A stretch of 64,000 nt of DNA from Octopus sinensis (Eukaryota). This document shows, one piece after another, positions 60,169 through 64,000 of the stretch (the stretch's first letter is position 1; each line of letters begins with the position of its first letter). Both the position numbers and the translations under genes were made by a program. The notes beneath the pieces are model-generated. The model was given only the letters and a program-made list of their open reading frames with translations, was not told the DNA's origin and did no database searches. The stretch spans positions 198,524,001 through 198,588,000 of the forward strand of contig NC_042997.1 of assembly GCF_006345805.1 (NCBI RefSeq), given 5' to 3'.

Positions 60169-63100
60169 GTAAAGTAATCTCAAAGAACTCGGTTTATTAA
60201 AACTAGATGAAAGAACCCTCACGTGACCAGGATTTCCGAGAGGAATTCGCACATTCCCTTTTGGGATGTCGCTGAACTAATTCTTCAATTGATCGACCAG
60301 TGTGGAGGAACGTGAGAATACTGTTTCGAAATTGTTTGGATTTAGAGCTATGCATGTTTTTCCAAGACTTTCATGGACCGGATTAGCGAACTAGTTAAGC
60401 GGGAATTGACGGCGATCATTATCAAAAGAAAACAAAGTGACGGGTCACGTCAAAAGAGAAAATCAGGTCAACATTTGTTAGCTTTAGCCAAGAAATAGCT
60501 GTAAAGAACAGTATAGCAAAGATCATTCACTGGTTTAGAAAAGGTATCACAGTTAACGTGCTAGCGATCAAACTTAGTCTCAAAATCTTCGAATTAACAA
60601 AAGAATTAACGAAAGGAAGGCACGAAAGCGTGGTATGGGCCCGGAAAGCGAGAAAGTAACATAATCTAATTACATTGCGAATTCGGCCTCTGACACCCCC
60701 ACCCCAGCTGGCGTGGGGTGAGAGATGCTATTCGATTTCAAGCAGACGTCTATAGTTTTCCAACAGTATTTTACCGAAATGTTTGCGAGGAGTGACTGAT
60801 TAGATATTGTGGATTTCGATGCATACCTCAATTATCTGTTACAGTTCTTAATCAGAGAGGCAGAAGGCTGCGAAAAACCGATTTCATGAAGCGAATACCT
60901 TATTTTAGTTTAGATAGACGTTATATATAATAACAAAAACGGCATTGCACCTCTCTCGATATTCTCCTGAAAAATATCACAAAGAATATTACTTTTATGC
61001 ACGTTTAAGACCTTGCGATAATAAAAGGAGATACAATACAGTTATATTCAAATTAGCCAGCGTTTTGGATATGCATACTGCGTAGTGGCTTTAGATAACT
61101 TAATAATATATTTGCAGCGTAATAAGCTCTACAATATGAGTTTATAGGTTCCCGCTTGCGAGGTCGAGGTAGAAAATATTTAACAGCGGGTAAGAATAAT
61201 GCGAAACAAGAAGAAAGAAAGAAAAAAGGGTGAAATAGCGATCTACAGTACCATTCAAATACTTCATTGTTTCAAATTTCAAATGACTTAATCGGGAAAA
61301 GAATAAATTAGTACTTTTATATCTCAAATATTGATTAGCTAAGAAAAATATCTAATTTCATTAACAGGTTTTATTTCTCAAGTACTTTCTTATGTTAAGT
61401 AAGAGTGTAAACAGAAAATAATTCTTTTGAAGAATTTGGTTTTAATTGTTTTAATTGTAAATTTTAATCTCAATCTATTTTGAAGAGCTGTAATCAATCA
61501 TCCAACCAAAGAGAATTCATTCGGTGCATTTCTTTTCTGTGCGTTATGCATGTCAATGCAAGACAAACGCACGATAGATGAGTTCGTACAAAATGCATTC
61601 ATTTACAAAAATAAAACCTAATCTAATTATATTAATTGGTTGACAATAATTCTTAAACAGGATAAATGACGCCACCAATTTTCCGATAGCTAATTAAACT
61701 GCCTTGATTAGGTGATTTATAAAGATGTGCGTACATCCTAGAATTTCAATTAAGTAGTTGAAACGGTCGTGTGCTTTAAATAAATTTAATTTATACACAC
61801 AAGAATTTCAATTCCTTAAAGCTTTTATATGGATAGAACCAGATTTATCAGATATTAGTTTTCTTCTTAAAATAACCCCCAAGTTATTGTCTTAAGAAGG
61901 AAATGTTCGATTCAGTTATTTTCATCTTTGTAAGGAGCACGTGAAACTGCCGAAGAAGAATATATAAAACTAAACAAAAAAAATAATAAATCGTTTGCTA
62001 AACTCCCAGATGAAATAAATGATGACCCTAAATTAAGTTGTAATCATGAAATATACGTTGGCAATATTTCTATTCATGGAACAACAATTATAAAAATAAT
62101 GAATTTGCGTAAGCATCCCTACGGTGTTTGATATTTGGAATTGATATCAGTGAAAATACAATCATAAATATTAATCTTGTTTTAATCACATTATCAACCT
62201 AAACAGGATTGAATGCACTGAATATATACCATCTACGTTGAATCCTACGTTGAAAGATGATACAACTTCGAAATTCTGTGGTATTCAACGACTATAATTA
62301 AGCTTCTCTTGTATAGTGCGCCGTACGTCGATTTTACGCTGATATCCTGTTGAGGATACAGAACAAAATGATAAGAAGCGGTGGAAGAGCTTATCTATCA
62401 TATGATGGTAAATAGCTTTATTAACATGCCATTGTTTCTCACAATCCATTACATAACGAATATGACGAGTCAGTGGCTGATTACATACTTAATTTTGATA
62501 TTCCAGAGAAGGAACATGTTTTAACAAAAGCGCATCCATTTTCAATACATTCTGATTGATTCAAACGTGGATATGTTCCACGTTGACTTCCTCTTCTGAG
62601 AACATCGCCCGACTTTGGACGGTGTGTGTTCATAATACAAGCGATTCATTACTTAAGGGGCTTTTGAAAAACCGTGGTGTTTCAACATCGTTGTGTATCT
62701 CTCCAGTCAAATCTATCCCGGATCAATAAATGTAAACGAGAGTAATGGCCCTTGTTTATAGAAAACTGCAAACTAATTATTTGTCGATACGTGATGTCTA
62801 ATAGACCGGTAATGATTCATTGGGAGCAAGCAAAACAACGAGAATCTAAACAATATTATATCTATTCATTTTGAATAGGCCGGTGAGCTGGTAGAATCGT
62901 TTGCTCGCGGGCAAAATGCTTAGCGGCATTTCGGACGTCTTTACCTTCTGCGCTCAAATTCCGTCGAGATTTACTTTACTTTCATCATTTCGGGGTAGAT
63001 AAAATAAGTATGAGTTGAGCACGGCAGTCGATATAATCGACTTACCCACTCACTCGGAATTACTGGCCTTGTGCCAAAATTTGAAACCAATGTGTTGTGG

Positions 63101-63649
63101 CAGACCCGAATGTCAATATGCTTATCGCTGTTGTACTTCGAATTCGGGAAACATCTCTTCCCTTTACACTACGTGTGATCATTGACGCAAGGGGACTTAT
63201 ACAAATCAATCTAGCCCAGCATCACTAGTATCGGTGATGTGATTTGTTTTATGGTTTAACATGTAACACAGTTTGTCTGAGGTAGCGTTTGCCAAAAGCG
63301 TTAACGTATATTCAATTCTAACTGCGCCAAACTGGCTAAGACTCAAAATTTCAGTGCATATTTTGGTCAGCATTTTAAAATATATAATTAGTACATTTAA
63401 TCAATGTATCAGTTATAGCACCTCTATCTTCTATTCTTACATCCCTGGTGAGTCGATTAGACTCGTGTAAACTGATTAACGAAGCAGAAATTATCTGTCC
63501 TGGACACAAGTAGTGAGGTTTGCAGCATTTATGAAATCAAGACACACAAGTTAGTTAGTAGGGTCTTTTATAATACTTCGGTATAAAAGAAGGGATTGTG
63601 TCCCTGAGCTTCTCAGGCCCTCCGATATCAGTAGGATCATGCCCCAGAA

Positions 63650-63950
63650 CAGTGGTTCTCAATGGGGATCCATATCAAATTTTCGGGGATTCACGTAACA
63701 AAGTACTAAATTGGGGATCCACGATAGTTTTTTTAAGGGCCCCTGAAAGAATTCTGCTTTAGGTGTATATGTTGATATGTATTGGTATGTATTGCAAGAG
63801 ACAGCTAAGTTTCTTTCTGTAACGTTTTACATAATTCAACCTACACAAATTAATGTACGAGAAACAAAATAGGAATTCCGAAGGAGTTTCTATAACACTA
63901 GTTTTTAAACATCGAATGGCTCGTGGGGTCCAGCAAAATGGAACAGTAAT
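63650..63950 (+). mobile_element. hAT-like MITE remnant
   Basis: Starts CAGTGGTTCTCAA followed by GGGGATCC subterminal motifs; the matching right TIR was not found. Confidence 0.4.
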
Positions 63951-64000
63951 CAAAAGGCGAAATAATGAATAGCGACAGTGTAGTTTCAAATGCCTCCAAT

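Larger units (their letters stand above)
58330..60830 (+). mobile_element. Possible decayed Tx1/L1-like LINE (ORF1 to ORF2 linker), interrupted by SINE A
   Basis: Scattered remnants (GTVDVIFTS; DFREEFAH; FQQYFTEMFARSD) in plausible order; no long ORF. Confidence 0.3.

Overview
Eukaryotic, AT-rich, repeat-saturated DNA with no intact host gene or convincing host exon, so it is intergenic or inside a large intron. The SINE families and dense (TA)n/(TG)n/(TAGA)n microsatellites resemble what I recall of octopus (coleoid cephalopod) genomes; this is inference and was not checked. Content: (i) roughly 40 copies of at least four tRNA-headed SINE families with swapped head and tail modules; (ii) a young, 5'-truncated Neptune-type Penelope-like element (PLE; RT + GIY-YIG) with an inverted pLTR, inserted into a SINE's internal microsatellite, plus older PLE relics; (iii) fragments of R4/Dong-like (RLE), RTE, Tx1/L1-like and CR1-like LINEs; (iv) Tc1 (DD34E), mariner, Helitron, Helentron-like, hAT and MITE remnants; (v) a full-length 5S rRNA-like copy. 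The most striking unannotated signal is a set of minimal type I hammerhead-ribozyme folds in PLE-derived repeats. Their cores are non-canonical but compensated (U3:A8 in the young PLE; G3:C8 in a 169-bp element bounded by inverted repeats) or vary at position 6. Also notable: a terminator-less 5S copy fused head-to-tail to a tRNA-SINE, SINE multimers joined at one recurrent GGTATT microhomology, and a near-perfect 121-bp inverted repeat. All coordinates and alignments were read by eye and may be off by a few bases.
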